Source: Ardenticatena maritima
Lineage (GTDB): Bacteria; Chloroflexota; Anaerolineae; Ardenticatenales; Ardenticatenaceae
Direction of reading: 5' to 3'
DNA length: 64,000 nt
Assembly (NCBI RefSeq): GCF_001306175.1
Contig: NZ_LGKN01000003.1
Coordinates: forward strand, 1 to 64,000
The position numbers were made by a program, and so were the translations under genes. This document shows positions 1 to 10,171 of the stretch, one piece after another. Within the stretch, counting starts at the first letter, position 1, and every line of letters starts with the position of its first letter. The notes beneath the pieces are model-generated. The model did no database searches. It worked only from the letters and a program-made list of their open reading frames with translations, and was not told where the DNA came from.

Positions 1-206
1 GCGAGCGTCTGGATGCGGTGGCGGGCGCGGCGGGCGCGGCGCTGGAAGGCGAGGAGGTCGTCGGGCGAGCAGGCGGGCGTTTGGATGTCGCGGACCAGGG
101 CGTTGACCTGCGCGAGGGTCTGGCGGAGAGCGGCGCGCAGGTCGGCCTGGCGGTCGGCGAGGGCGGCGCTGGTGATTTGGCTGAGATTGGTCGAGAAGGT
201 GGTCAT
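1..206 (-). CDS. Hypothetical helical protein, 5' part only (runs off the left edge); probably SOS-regulated
   Basis: ATG at 206 (minus) with a G-rich SD; the frame MTTFSTNLSQITSAALADRQADLRAALRQTLAQVNALVRDIQ... stays open to the window edge; own promoter and LexA box upstream. Confidence 0.6.
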   Translation of the reverse strand, partial: MTTFSTNLSQITSAALADRQADLRAALRQTLAQVNALVRDIQTPACSPDDLLAFQRRARRARHRIQTL

Positions 207-233
207 GGCACGTTCCCCCCTGGCGCTGAGAGA

Positions 234-249
234 TAGAACAGATGTTCTA
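234..249. promoter_or_regulatory. LexA (SOS) box, Gram-positive/Chloroflexota type
   Basis: TAGAAC-AGAT-GTTCTA, a perfect GAAC-N4-GTTC with extended palindromic flanks, just downstream of a minus-strand promoter. Confidence 0.8.
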
Positions 250-264
250 ACAAAGGTTGCGGGG

Positions 265-293
265 AGTGTATCACAGGTAGGCGGATGTGTCAA
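265..293 (-). promoter_or_regulatory. Sigma70-type promoter for the left-edge gene
   Basis: Minus strand TTGACA (293-288), 17-bp spacer, TACACT (270-265). Confidence 0.7.
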
Positions 294-408
294 GATGCGG
301 TTTTGCAATTGTGAGGGGGGATGCACGCAAAGCGGGTGTTGCCGAGTGTAGGCTTTTGTTTATACTGCTCGCTTTTGGAAACAACGAGTGCAAAGAGGAG
401 GCGATACG

Positions 409-783
409 GTGCAAACGCTCATTTTGCTTCACGACCGCCTGGCGACCACGATGACGCTCTACGCGCTCTTTTTGGGGCTGTGGGGCTTGTACAAGTACGT
501 GCGCGGTGAGGGGCTGGATGGCAACTATTTGGGCGCCATTATCGTGGCGGAAGTGCTGATCATCGTGCAGGCGCTGTTGGGCTTTGCGTTGTTTGGCGGT
601 GGGTTGCGGCCTGCGCGGCTGGTGCACATTTTGTACGGCATTATGGCGGTGATTTCCTTTCCCGCGACGTATGCCTACACCCGCGGCGACGACAGCCGCC
701 GGGTGATGCTCATCTGGGGGCTGGTGGGGTTGTTCGTCTTTGGGTTGGCGGTACGCGCGCAGATGGTGCAAGGGGCGTTGTAA
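409..783 (+). CDS. Small 4-TM membrane protein, hypothetical
   Basis: GGAGG SD before GTG 409; four hydrophobic segments with His residues; followed by a terminator. Confidence 0.8.
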   Translation: MQTLILLHDRLATTMTLYALFLGLWGLYKYVRGEGLDGNYLGAIIVAEVLIIVQALLGFALFGGGLRPARLVHILYGIMAVISFPATYAYTRGDDSRRVMLIWGLVGLFVFGLAVRAQMVQGAL

Positions 784-803
784 AAGCGGTTTGGCACGCA
801 AGC

Positions 804-833
804 AAAAACGGCGGCAGAAAGCCGCCGTTTTTT
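804..833. terminator. Bidirectional intrinsic terminator
   Basis: AAAAACGGCGGC-AGAAA-GCCGCCGTTTTT between convergent genes. Confidence 0.8.
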
Positions 834-848
834 GTGTTCAACACCATT

Positions 849-1577
849 TCAGGCGAAGCGCGCCAGAAAAACACCGAACACATAGAGGAAAAAGAGCGGT
901 ATCGCCACAATCATCATGTTGAAGGGGTCGGGTGTGGGCGTAATCATGGCGGCCAGAATCGCCGCAATCAGGAACGCCCAGCGAATGTTCTTTTTCAGCG
1001 TCTCATAGCGCACAATGTTGAGTTTGGCTAGCGTGAAAATGACCAGCGGCGTTTGGAAGCCCAGCCCCAGCCAGAGCAAGAAGGTGGTGACAAACGAGAT
1101 ATAACTGTCGAGCGTCCACTGGATTTCAGCAAAACTTTTCCCGAATTGTTGGAGGAACCCAAGTGCGGCGGGTAAGGCAACGAACGCACCGAACGCCACA
1201 CCACTGATGAAGAGCAACGCCGCCGCCGGCAGGAAGAAGAAGAGATAGCGCTTTTCCTTGCGCGTCAGCCCCGGCGTCACGAATGCAATGATTTCGTACA
1301 GAATTTCGGGCATGGCAATCGCCAGCCCCATGATGAGCGCCACTTTGAAATAGACAATGATCGTTTCGGTTGGGCGAATGGCTTGGGGCGGCAGAAGCAA
1401 CGGCTTGGTGAGGATTTGCAAAAAGCGGTCAGCCGCAAAAACGGAAGCCAATGTTGTCACCAGCAAAAACGCCACCGCGCGGAACAACCGCGTGCGGAGT
1501 TCGCGCAGGTGTTCTATCAATGGTTTGGCTTCGCCGTCATACGTTTCTTCGATGTCAGCGTGTGGTTTCGTGGTCAT
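849..1577 (-). CDS. tatC: Twin-arginine translocase subunit TatC
   Basis: PLIEHLRELRTRL, FVTPGL..EK, FQTP and AAMITPTPDP motifs; six TM segments; downstream of tatB. Confidence 0.95.
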   Translation of the reverse strand: MTTKPHADIEETYDGEAKPLIEHLRELRTRLFRAVAFLLVTTLASVFAADRFLQILTKPLLLPPQAIRPTETIIVYFKVALIMGLAIAMPEILYEIIAFVTPGLTRKEKRYLFFFLPAAALLFISGVAFGAFVALPAALGFLQQFGKSFAEIQWTLDSYISFVTTFLLWLGLGFQTPLVIFTLAKLNIVRYETLKKNIRWAFLIAAILAAMITPTPDPFNMMIVAIPLFFLYVFGVFLARFA

Positions 1578-1962
1578 GGGTTTCTGGTGTCTCTGTTGGC
1601 GGCGGCGTCTCATCCGGGCTGGTTGCTGGTGGCGTTTCCATCAAATCAGTGCCCAAGATGCTCGCCAATTCACCCGCCAGTTCATTCTCGGTATTTTTGA
1701 TGTGTTGTTCGGTTTCGGTGATGGTCGCGCGCGCTTCTTCCAGATTGCGCTTGACAATTTCGCGTGTTTCGTTGACGGGCGATTCAATCTCTTGCAGTGA
1801 TTCTTGCAGCGCCTTGTTGAATTCGCTGGAAAGCGCCTGAATCTGCTTGGTCACTTTCGCCACCTGGCGCATGACCTCGGGCAACCGTTCAGGCCCGAAG
1901 ACCAGCAAGCCAATGATGGCGATGACGATCATTTCACCGACGCCGATGTTGAAAATTTCCAT
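1555..1962 (-). CDS. tatB: Twin-arginine translocase subunit TatB (TatA/B family)
   Basis: FNIGVGEM...LLVFGPERLP N-terminus followed by an amphipathic helix; adjacent to tatC. Confidence 0.88.
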   Translation of the reverse strand: MEIFNIGVGEMIVIAIIGLLVFGPERLPEVMRQVAKVTKQIQALSSEFNKALQESLQEIESPVNETREIVKRNLEEARATITETEQHIKNTENELAGELASILGTDLMETPPATSPDETPPPTETPETHDHETTR

Positions 1963-1963
1963 G

Positions 1964-2395
1964 CTATTCCTGACTCGATGCGCGATTCAGATACATACTC
2001 ACGAATGTGCCCAACGCGCCGTTGATAAAGCGCGGCGAGTTCGGACCGCCAAACTCTTTTGCCAGTTCCACCGCTTCATTGATGACGACCTTGTACGGTG
2101 TTTCGGGCGTGTAAAGCAGTTCGTAGAGCGCCAGGCGCAAGATGTTGCGGTCCACCACCGCCATTTGTTCGATGGGCCATTCCGGCGCGATTTGCGCGAC
2201 GTAAGGGTCAATCTCGTCGCGGTGTTCAACAACGCCGCGCACGAGTTGGCGCATAAAGGGCTCCGCCTCGGGGAGCAGGTCTTCGGTTTCGCGCAAGCGC
2301 GTTTCGATGACCTCTCCCACCGGGTGGCGTGTCATATCCAGTTCGTAGAGTGCTTGTAAGGCTAACTCACGGGCTTGACGGCGTGCTGCAATCAC
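1964..2395 (-). CDS. nusB: Transcription antitermination factor NusB
   Basis: RRQARELALQALY, DRNILRLA.YE, INEAVELAK.FG..SPRFINGAL; likely GTG start at 2395. Confidence 0.95.
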   Translation of the reverse strand: MIAARRQARELALQALYELDMTRHPVGEVIETRLRETEDLLPEAEPFMRQLVRGVVEHRDEIDPYVAQIAPEWPIEQMAVVDRNILRLALYELLYTPETPYKVVINEAVELAKEFGGPNSPRFINGALGTFVSMYLNRASSQE

Positions 2396-2396
2396 C

Positions 2397-2750
2397 TTAG
2401 GCGTCCTCTTCCTGGTTGTCGGTATCATAGGCGATGTCTTCGATAAACACGTCTATCGAACCGACACGCATACCGACAATGTCTTCAATGGCGCGCTGAA
2501 TCGCTTTTTGTACATTTTCGCCCAATGTGCGCAAATTGACGTTGGGCGCGGCCACAATGTTCAGTTCGACGTTGACACTGTCATCTTCGTCAATGGTGAT
2601 GTACACGTCGTGCTGGCGCGAAGCAAACACACGCGCCGCACGTGGCGAGCGCAGGCGTGCCACACCGGGCACGCCCTGCGCCGCGCGGGTTGCAATCGTT
2701 GTAATCACTTCGGGTGCGACACGCACCGAATCGCCTTCGTACTCGCTCAT
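2397..2750 (-). CDS. Asp23/Gls24 family envelope stress protein
   Basis: VAPEVITTIA...VPGV...VQKAI...GM.V..IDVFIEDI pattern; usual neighbour of nusB. Confidence 0.88.
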   Translation of the reverse strand: MSEYEGDSVRVAPEVITTIATRAAQGVPGVARLRSPRAARVFASRQHDVYITIDEDDSVNVELNIVAAPNVNLRTLGENVQKAIQRAIEDIVGMRVGSIDVFIEDIAYDTDNQEEDA

Positions 2751-2806
2751 TGTCTGGTTGCCTCTGCTCGCAATCGTTGCTCCTATTCTACTCTGTTTGG
2801 CGAAGT

Positions 2807-3553
2807 TCAGAAAATCATGCCCCCGTCAACGCGCAGAACCTCGCCGGTCACAAATTCGGCGGCGTCGCTGGCAAAGAACGCAACCACTTTGGCGACGTCT
2901 TCCACCGTGCCGAGCCGCCCCAACGGGGTGAGTTTGCGGGCTTGCTCGACAAACTCTTCGGGCAGGTCGGCGGTCAGGTCGGTGGGGATGTAGCCCGGCG
3001 CAACCGCGTTGCACGTAATGTTGCGCGAACCGAGTTCTTTGGCAACGCTCTTCGTCAGCCCGATGAGGCCGGCTTTGGCGGAGGCGTAGTTGGCTTGCCC
3101 CGCGTTGCCGCCGATACCGGCGATCGAGATGATGTTGACGATGCGCCCATAGCGGTTCTTGATCATGGTGCGTTGCACGGCTTTGATACAGTTGAATGCG
3201 CCTTTGAGATTGGTGTCAATCACAATGTCCCAATCTTCTTCTTTCATGCGCATCATCACATTGTCGCGCGTCAGCCCGGCGTTGTTCACCAAAATGTGGA
3301 TTGTGCCCAATTCCTTGACCACGGTTTTGACCATGGCTTCGACTTCATTATAGAAGCGCACGTCGGCTTGCACGGCGATGGCGCGCCGCCCTTTAGCCTG
3401 GATGGCGTCCACCACTTCTTGGGCGGCTTCGGCGTTGCCGCGATAGTTCACTGCCACGTCTGCGCCGAGGTCGGCGAGTTGCAAGCAGATGGCGCGGCCA
3501 ATGCCACGCGACCCACCAGTGACGAGTGCGACTTTGCCTGTCAAATCAATCAT
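2807..3553 (-). CDS. fabG: 3-oxoacyl-ACP reductase FabG
   Basis: TGGSRGIG, NNAG, YASAK catalytic motif; next to fabD. Confidence 0.95.
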   Translation of the reverse strand: MIDLTGKVALVTGGSRGIGRAICLQLADLGADVAVNYRGNAEAAQEVVDAIQAKGRRAIAVQADVRFYNEVEAMVKTVVKELGTIHILVNNAGLTRDNVMMRMKEEDWDIVIDTNLKGAFNCIKAVQRTMIKNRYGRIVNIISIAGIGGNAGQANYASAKAGLIGLTKSVAKELGSRNITCNAVAPGYIPTDLTADLPEEFVEQARKLTPLGRLGTVEDVAKVVAFFASDAAEFVTGEVLRVDGGMIF

Positions 3554-3588
3554 GGATGACGCTCCTTCTGTTGGTTGTGTTGGTTGGT

Positions 3589-4524
3589 TCAGGCTTGTAC
3601 CTGTTGCAAATCCTCAATGCTTGCCAGCGCAAGCCGCCCCGCCTGGCGGTCAATGCGCTTGATGAGCCCGCTCAACACGCCCCCCGGCCCAAATTCGATG
3701 AAGGTCTGCACGCCGGCGGCGCGCATGGCTTGCACGCTCTCCGTCCAGCGCACGGAGCCGGTGAGTTGTTCGATGAGTTCATGGCGAATGGCGTCCACGT
3801 CGGTGGTGGGTTGGGCGGTGAGGTTGAGCACGACGGGCACGTCGGGCGTTTGCAAGGGGGCGGCTTCCACGGCGCGGCGGAATTCATCTTTGATGGGCGC
3901 CATGAGCGCCGAATGTGCGGCGATGCTGACGTCGAGCACGACGCATTTGCGGGCGCGTTGGGCTTGGGCGAGGTCAACGGCGCGTTGAATGGCGGCTTTG
4001 GCGCCGCTGATGACCACCTGACCGGGGCAGTTGTAGTTGGCGACTTGCACGGTTTCGCCCGGTTGCGAGGCTTTTTCGCAGATGGCGGCGACAGTTTCAT
4101 CGTCCAGCCCGAGGATGGCGGCCATTGCGCCGGGGTTTTGGTCGCCGGCTTGTTTCATCAGGCGACCACGTTCCCGCACCAGTTGCACGCCGGCTTCAAA
4201 CGGCAGGGCGCCGGCGGCTGTGAGCGCGCTGTATTCGCCCAGGCTATGCCCCGCGACCATGAGCGGGGCGGGCACCAGCCCCTCACTCATCGCTACGCGC
4301 CAGATGGCGACGCTGGTGACGTAGAGCGCCGGTTGGGTGTTGATGGTTTCGTCCAATTCTTCTTTGGGTCCTTCAAAGCAGAGGCGCGAGAGGGGGATGC
4401 CGAGAATCTCATCGGCTTGCGCGAAGGTGTCACGGGCGATGGGATACGTCTCGAAAAAATCTTTGCCCATGCCGACGCTTTGCGCGCCCTGACCGGGGAA
4501 AACAAACGCAACGGGTGTTTGCAC
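3589..4524 (-). CDS. fabD: Malonyl-CoA:ACP transacylase FabD
   Basis: FPGQGAQ, GHSLGEY, ANYNCPGQVVISG; GTG start at 4524 after an AAGGAGG SD. Confidence 0.95.
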   Translation of the reverse strand: MQTPVAFVFPGQGAQSVGMGKDFFETYPIARDTFAQADEILGIPLSRLCFEGPKEELDETINTQPALYVTSVAIWRVAMSEGLVPAPLMVAGHSLGEYSALTAAGALPFEAGVQLVRERGRLMKQAGDQNPGAMAAILGLDDETVAAICEKASQPGETVQVANYNCPGQVVISGAKAAIQRAVDLAQAQRARKCVVLDVSIAAHSALMAPIKDEFRRAVEAAPLQTPDVPVVLNLTAQPTTDVDAIRHELIEQLTGSVRWTESVQAMRAAGVQTFIEFGPGGVLSGLIKRIDRQAGRLALASIEDLQQVQA

Positions 4525-4624
4525 GAGCGTTCCCTCCTTCCTGGTTGCAGTCTCTGGTACAGCGGCGCGGATTATACGCAATGCAGGACAGGACTACAAG
4601 GCGGAAGAATGGACGCCCGGCGGG

Positions 4625-5599
4625 CTAGGGACCCGGATAGGGCGACGGGTAGGCGTCGGCGGGGGGCGGCGGGGGCGACGCGGGAAGGCTTTGCACGGGC
4701 GACGGGTAGGCTTCGGGCGCAGGGGCGCTGTTGGTGGCGGGAGCGGCTTCGATGGCGTTCACCGGTTCCTGTTGAGCGTTTGATGGAGTGCCCAGTGGGT
4801 CGGCAAAGGTGGGCACGATGCCCCAATGGGGGGAAGGCGTGTAGAAGAGGGCATGTATGCCCCAGCGGTTCAACAGGTTGGACAGTATGGGTCCCACAAT
4901 GGGAATATCGCTGATGGCAAAGGGGGGCGGCCAGTAGATGAACCACGCTTTGCCGATGATGCGGTTGCGGTGAATGGGACCCCACAAATGGGAGTCGCTC
5001 GAATTGTTGCGGTTGTCGCCCAGGACGTAGTACTCGTCTGGTCCCAGGGTGATGGGCGTTTTGGTGTACGAACCGGGGTTGGGTTTCCACGGTTCTTCAA
5101 GCGGCTGCCCGTTGATGTAGACCTGCCCCTGACGCACTTCCACCGTTTCGCCCGGCAACCCGATGACGCGCTTGATGTAATCTTTGCGGGGGTTGTCGCT
5201 AAAACGGAAGACGATGACTTCCCCACGCTGTGGCTCACGGAACCAATAGACGGCTTTGTTGACAATCAGGAATTGCCCGTTGTGAAAGTTGGGCAACATG
5301 CTCGACCCTTCGATGCGGAATGTTTGGGTGGGAATGCGCACGAGCGCAAAAATGAGCAGGGTCAGGATGACGGTTTCCAGCAGTTCGCGGAGAAAGCCCC
5401 AAAGCGGGTGGGGGCTGGAAAGCGGTTGCGGCGGCGTGTCGAGCATTGGCGTTGATTCCAACGCGGCTGGGGGCGAGCTTTCGGTGTGCTCGGTGGACGG
5501 TTCAAGTTGCCAGTAGTTCCACAAATCGCTTTCTGGCGTTTCGTTTTCGTCGTCGAAGAGGGGTGTGTTGGGTTCGTTGTATTCTGCCCGATTGCTCAT
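4625..5599 (-). CDS. lepB: Signal peptidase I with acidic N-terminal and Pro-rich C-terminal extensions
   Basis: GSSMLPN (catalytic Ser), YIKRVIGLPG (Lys), GDNRNNSSDS. Confidence 0.93.
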   Translation of the reverse strand: MSNRAEYNEPNTPLFDDENETPESDLWNYWQLEPSTEHTESSPPAALESTPMLDTPPQPLSSPHPLWGFLRELLETVILTLLIFALVRIPTQTFRIEGSSMLPNFHNGQFLIVNKAVYWFREPQRGEVIVFRFSDNPRKDYIKRVIGLPGETVEVRQGQVYINGQPLEEPWKPNPGSYTKTPITLGPDEYYVLGDNRNNSSDSHLWGPIHRNRIIGKAWFIYWPPPFAISDIPIVGPILSNLLNRWGIHALFYTPSPHWGIVPTFADPLGTPSNAQQEPVNAIEAAPATNSAPAPEAYPSPVQSLPASPPPPPADAYPSPYPGP

Positions 5600-5789
5600 A
5601 CACGCTTACTCCGCCTGGTGTTGTCGGCATGAGATAGTAGCATAAGGAAAGATGGCGGCAAAGCCGCATGCCGTGATTTTGGGGATGGCGGATTTTTTCA
5701 ACGTGAGTAGCCCTCTGTTGTAAAAGGTCTTACAATAAATATGCTATTTTGAACAAACAAATGTGTGTGCCTCAAAGGGGAGGTTTGCC

Positions 5790-7055
5790 ATGCTTCACGT
5801 TTCACCTGACGTTGTCCGCTCACCGTTTGTGATCGCACAGCAGCAATTCGACGCTGCCGCTGATGTCCTCAACCTTGACCCGGCTATGCGCGAATTTTTG
5901 CGTTGGCCGCTCCGTGAGTTCCATTTCCGTATCCCCGTGAAGATGGATGATGGTTCGGTGCGTATCTTCCAGGCGTTTCGCGTGCAGTATAACGACGCAC
6001 GCGGTCCCACGAAAGGGGGCATTCGTTTTCATCCTGAAGAAACCATTGACACCGTGCGTGCGCTGGCTGCCTGGATGACTTGGAAGACGGCGGTGATGGA
6101 TTTGCCGCTGGGGGGCGGCAAAGGTGGTGTGGTGTGCAATCCCAAAGAACTCTCGGAAGGGGAGTTGGAGCGCCTCAGCCGTGGCTACATGCGGCAAGTG
6201 GCGCGGCTTGTTGGACCTGAGTTGGATGTGCCCGCGCCGGATGTCTACACCAACCCGCAAATCATGGCATGGATGATGGACGAGTACAACGTGATTGTGG
6301 GACGGCACGAGCCTGGCGTGATTACGGGAAAACCGCCGGCGTTGGGCGGATCGAAAGGACGCCATGATGCAACGGCGCGCGGTGGTATCTATGCCGTGCG
6401 CGAGGCCGCCAAAGTGCTGGGAATTGACCTGCGTGGGCAACCGGCAGCCATTCAGGGGTATGGCAATGCCGGTTCGTATGCGCACAAATTGGCTGTCGAG
6501 TTGCTGGGCATGAAAGTGGTGGCGGTCTCGGATTCGCGCGGCGGGATTTACAATCCCGATGGGTTGGACTACGAGGCGGTGCTGGCGCACAAGCGTGAAA
6601 CGGGTTCGGTTGTGGGCTTTTCCGGGGCGCAGCCGCTAGGGTCCAATGATGTGTTGGAAGTGCCGGTGACGGTGCTCTTCCCCGCTGCGTTGGAGAACGT
6701 CATCACGTCTGAAAACGCGCCACGCATTCAGGCGCGCATTGTAGCCGAATTGGCGAATGGCCCCACTACCCCTGAAGCCGATGAGATTTTGCATGCGCGG
6801 GACATCTTTGTCATTCCCGATTTTCTGTGCAATGCGGGCGGCGTCACGGTTTCCTATTTCGAGCAGGTGCAAGACGCCATGAATTACTTCTGGACGGAGG
6901 AAGAGGTGTATCAGCGCCTGGATGAAAAGATGACGCGCGCATTCCACGATGTGCATGAAGCCGCACAGGAATGGAAGGTGCACAATCGTCTGGCAGCCTA
7001 CATTGTGGCAGTTTCGCGCGTGGCGGAAGCGGTGCGTTTGCGTGGATGGGTGTAG
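5790..7055 (+). CDS. gdhA: Glutamate dehydrogenase (Glu/Leu/Phe/Val dehydrogenase family)
   Basis: [49 protein letters not shown] before ATG 5790. Confidence 0.93.
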   Translation: MLHVSPDVVRSPFVIAQQQFDAAADVLNLDPAMREFLRWPLREFHFRIPVKMDDGSVRIFQAFRVQYNDARGPTKGGIRFHPEETIDTVRALAAWMTWKTAVMDLPLGGGKGGVVCNPKELSEGELERLSRGYMRQVARLVGPELDVPAPDVYTNPQIMAWMMDEYNVIVGRHEPGVITGKPPALGGSKGRHDATARGGIYAVREAAKVLGIDLRGQPAAIQGYGNAGSYAHKLAVELLGMKVVAVSDSRGGIYNPDGLDYEAVLAHKRETGSVVGFSGAQPLGSNDVLEVPVTVLFPAALENVITSENAPRIQARIVAELANGPTTPEADEILHARDIFVIPDFLCNAGGVTVSYFEQVQDAMNYFWTEEEVYQRLDEKMTRAFHDVHEAAQEWKVHNRLAAYIVAVSRVAEAVRLRGWV

Positions 7056-7075
7056 CGAGACTACCCACAAGCACG

Positions 7076-7104
7076 AAGGCGCGGGATGCTTCCCGCGCCT
7101 TTTT
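7076..7104 (+). terminator. Intrinsic terminator after gdhA
   Basis: AAGGCGCGGGA-TGCT-TCCCGCGCCTT followed by a T-run. Confidence 0.75.
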
Positions 7105-7126
7105 GCTCCGCTGCTGTTTTGAACGC

Positions 7127-7345
7127 TTATGCCGCACGGTTGGGGCGGTAGCGGTCGGTGCTTACCGGTTGCCCGGCGGCGAGTTCGCGGCGATGGCGGT
7201 CCCACAAGATGGGCAATTGCCGGTTGATTTCTTGCAGACGCTGGCGCTGTTCGGGTGTGAGCCGATGTTGCGACGCCAAGCGGTAGAGTTCCTGGCGTTC
7301 ATTCGACAACTTTTGGATGAGGTCCAGCGTGGATTGTTGCATCAC
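7127..7345 (-). CDS. Small helical protein, DUF2630-like
   Basis: 72-aa ORF with SD; RLQEINRQLPILWDRHRRE resembles the RL..LE..L...WD..RQ pattern of DUF2630 proteins (family call from memory). Confidence 0.65.
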   Translation of the reverse strand: MMQQSTLDLIQKLSNERQELYRLASQHRLTPEQRQRLQEINRQLPILWDRHRRELAAGQPVSTDRYRPNRAA

Positions 7346-7486
7346 CGTTCACCCCCTTTTGCTCCTCTTTCTTCCCTGCACAGCAATTGTTTTCGTATAG
7401 ACAACGGGTATTAGAATGGCGTTAGAGCCATGTTGGAAAGATGTTGCACAGCAAAAAACCGCGTCGTCAGATGCTGACGGCTTCGC

Positions 7487-10171
7487 TTACGCTTCGGATT
7501 TTTCCTCTGGTGTCTCCAGAATTTCAATGATGCCGCGATTGCCGTCCAGCCGCACACGTTGCCCCGTGCGGAGTTTTTTGGTTGCGTCGCGCACGCCGAC
7601 GACGGCGGGAATACCGTATTCGCGCGCGACGATGGAACCGTGATTCATCGCCCCGCCAACTTCCAGAATAAGCCCGGCGGCGTTGATGAACAGCGGCGTC
7701 CAGCCGGGGTCTGTGAAGCGCGCCACCAGAATTTCGCCCGGTTGCAGGGTTTCGGTGTGCGGGTCGTGCACGATATGCACGACGCCTTCCACCACGCCGG
7801 GCGAAACCGGATTGCCCACCAGCGCGCCGGGGGGCGCGTCTTCGACGCGGTAGTGCACCACGGGCGTTTCGCCGTCGCTGGTGATGATGAGCGGCGGCGA
7901 GAGTTTTTGGAACCGCGCCAACGCCTTGCGGCGGCGCTCAATTTCTTCTTGCGGGAAGGGGGGCGATTGGTCCCAAATGGCGTCAAGTTCGCGCCATGTC
8001 AGGAACCAGATGTCATCGGGATGGGCGAGGTAGCCCTGTTCAGTGAGGGTGGCGGCGATGGCTTTGATGCGTTGTTTGAGCACCCAGAACGCGCGAATGG
8101 CGGCGTATTTGTGGTGTTCGCGCATGCCGCCGGTGTGCAGCATGACGTAGACCAGCCGCTGAATGAACCGCCGCCGTATGGGTCCCAGCACCCCACGCCC
8201 GGCGTGCTCCATGAGTTTGCGCAGGGCGGCTTCGCGGCGTTGCACCAGCGCCGCATGTTGTCGGCGATGATGCCCTTCAGGCTGTTGCAGGGCGGCGGCG
8301 ATGACGTGCAGGAGCGGGAGCGGGTCTTCCCACCAGCGGGGCATGGCGAGGTCAATCTCGGCGGGTCCACGCGCCCCATAACGCTGCATGAACGCATGCC
8401 ACGCTTGCAGAAACTCGGCGCTGTCGGGGTATTGCGCCACCTGCGCCAGCCAGGCGTTGCCGTCATCCCCCAGGTGGGCGAACGCATTGCGGACGCTGGG
8501 GATGCGCCGCGCGATATCGGCGAGGTCGCCAATGGCGAGGTTCATCTCGTTGACGACGTTGCCGGGAATGGCGAGCGACAGGTCGTGCGCTTCTTGCGGC
8601 GAGAGCCAGCGTTGCCCCAGGTGTGTGAGTATGCGTTTGGCGGCTTCCCCCGCCATGAATTGCGGAATCCAGTGCATGAAGAACGCAAACAGGGTGGCGA
8701 AGCGGTCTATGCAGGCTTCCACCAGGGCTTTGCCGGGGGGGATGGCGCGCAAATCGGCGTCCAAATCGGCGATAAAGCGCTCGATGCGTGCGTTCGTCTG
8801 TTCGACAAAGCCGTCCAGGTTTTCACGCCAGAGCGCGTATTGCACGCGCGCCATGAGCCGCACCAGAAAGAGCACCCCCCGCCGTGAAAAGCGGATGCCA
8901 TGCGGACCCTGAAATTCTGGGCGTTGCATGACCATGCGCAACGCTTCGGGCGCCAGGGCGTCGAATTGCGCGGTGACGGCGAACACAACGCGGCGGAAGA
9001 CGCGATGCCGCAAGGGGTCGGTGATGTCGGCGAAAAGCCGCCCGCCGGCTGAGCGGATGTAGCGGTTCTCAAAGCGGTTGATGCGCCCAATGGGCGCCAG
9101 CACGGGAAACATGGAGAGACTGAACGGGGGCATGGCGCGGGTCATGTTTTGCTGGTGTCCCATGCTGAAATAGACATGCAGCGTACCGTCGGGGGATTCC
9201 AGCCCCTCGATGGGATAGAGCGAGGTGATGGGGCGCGCTTGAAGGATGTACATACGCCCTGCGGCGATAGCCCATTCGATATCCTGCGGCCGACCATAGT
9301 GGGCTTCAATCCGACAGCCCAGGTCGGCAAGCGCCAAAATCTCTTCGTCAGTGAGAACGGGGGCGCGGCGTTGCTCGGGCGGCAAAGGGCGTTGCTCCGT
9401 TCCCCCGTCGGGGCGCGCCCAGATGGCGATTTCTTTCTCGGCGATGCGGCGTTCGATAATCGTGCGCGTGCGCTTGTCCACGCGGTAGGTGTCGGGCGTG
9501 ACCAACCCGCTTACGAGCGCTTCCCCCAGCCCAAAACTGGCGTCAATTGCCAGCGTGTGGCGGTGCCCTGTCAATGGGTCGGCGGTGAACATGATGCCCG
9601 ACACGTCGGCGGCAATCATCCGCTGGACGACAACCGCCAACGCCACGTCGCGGTGGGCGAAGTTGTTTTGTGCGCGGTAGAGGATGGCGCGGTCGGTGAA
9701 GAGCGACGCCCAGCAGTTGCGCACGGCGTCGAGCAGGGCGGTTTCGCCGCGCACATTGAGGTAGGTTTCCTGCTGGCCGGCGAAAGAGGCTTCGGGCAGG
9801 TCTTCGGCGGTGGCGCTGGAACGCACGGCGTAGGCTTCATCCGTGCCGACGCGACGCCAGGCGGCAAGGATGGCGTCGGCGATGTCGGCGGGGATGGGCG
9901 TGGCGCGGATGGTCTGGCGGATGTGCTGACCGGTGCGGCGTACCGCTTCAAGGTCGGTGGGGTCGAGCGTTTCCAGCATGGTGTAGAGCGCGTCGGCGTT
10001 GGGGACGTGTTGCATGAAATAGCGGAAGGCGTGCGCCGTCACGCAAAAGCCTTCGGGCACCGGGAACCCCGCATGCGCGAGTTCACCCAGGTTTGCACCT
10101 TTTCCCCCCACAAGCGGGATGTCGGTCGCGCGGATGTCCTCAAAGAAACGTACAAAGTCTTGTGTGGTCAT
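7487..10171 (-). CDS. Rifampin phosphotransferase-like (PEP synthase/PPDK-family) enzyme
   Basis: N-terminal ATP-grasp (VGGKGANL, AVRSSATAED, FAGQQET); central HVYFSMGHQQNMT and GMREH motifs; C-terminal His-swivel domain (GGAMNHGSIVAREYGIP); this domain order is typical of Rph rather than true PpsA. Confidence 0.8.
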   Translation of the reverse strand: MTTQDFVRFFEDIRATDIPLVGGKGANLGELAHAGFPVPEGFCVTAHAFRYFMQHVPNADALYTMLETLDPTDLEAVRRTGQHIRQTIRATPIPADIADAILAAWRRVGTDEAYAVRSSATAEDLPEASFAGQQETYLNVRGETALLDAVRNCWASLFTDRAILYRAQNNFAHRDVALAVVVQRMIAADVSGIMFTADPLTGHRHTLAIDASFGLGEALVSGLVTPDTYRVDKRTRTIIERRIAEKEIAIWARPDGGTEQRPLPPEQRRAPVLTDEEILALADLGCRIEAHYGRPQDIEWAIAAGRMYILQARPITSLYPIEGLESPDGTLHVYFSMGHQQNMTRAMPPFSLSMFPVLAPIGRINRFENRYIRSAGGRLFADITDPLRHRVFRRVVFAVTAQFDALAPEALRMVMQRPEFQGPHGIRFSRRGVLFLVRLMARVQYALWRENLDGFVEQTNARIERFIADLDADLRAIPPGKALVEACIDRFATLFAFFMHWIPQFMAGEAAKRILTHLGQRWLSPQEAHDLSLAIPGNVVNEMNLAIGDLADIARRIPSVRNAFAHLGDDGNAWLAQVAQYPDSAEFLQAWHAFMQRYGARGPAEIDLAMPRWWEDPLPLLHVIAAALQQPEGHHRRQHAALVQRREAALRKLMEHAGRGVLGPIRRRFIQRLVYVMLHTGGMREHHKYAAIRAFWVLKQRIKAIAATLTEQGYLAHPDDIWFLTWRELDAIWDQSPPFPQEEIERRRKALARFQKLSPPLIITSDGETPVVHYRVEDAPPGALVGNPVSPGVVEGVVHIVHDPHTETLQPGEILVARFTDPGWTPLFINAAGLILEVGGAMNHGSIVAREYGIPAVVGVRDATKKLRTGQRVRLDGNRGIIEILETPEEKSEA

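Noticed and set aside
7487..10171. Canonical PEP synthase (ppsA)
   Set aside because: The His domain is C-terminal and the pyruvate-binding barrel is absent
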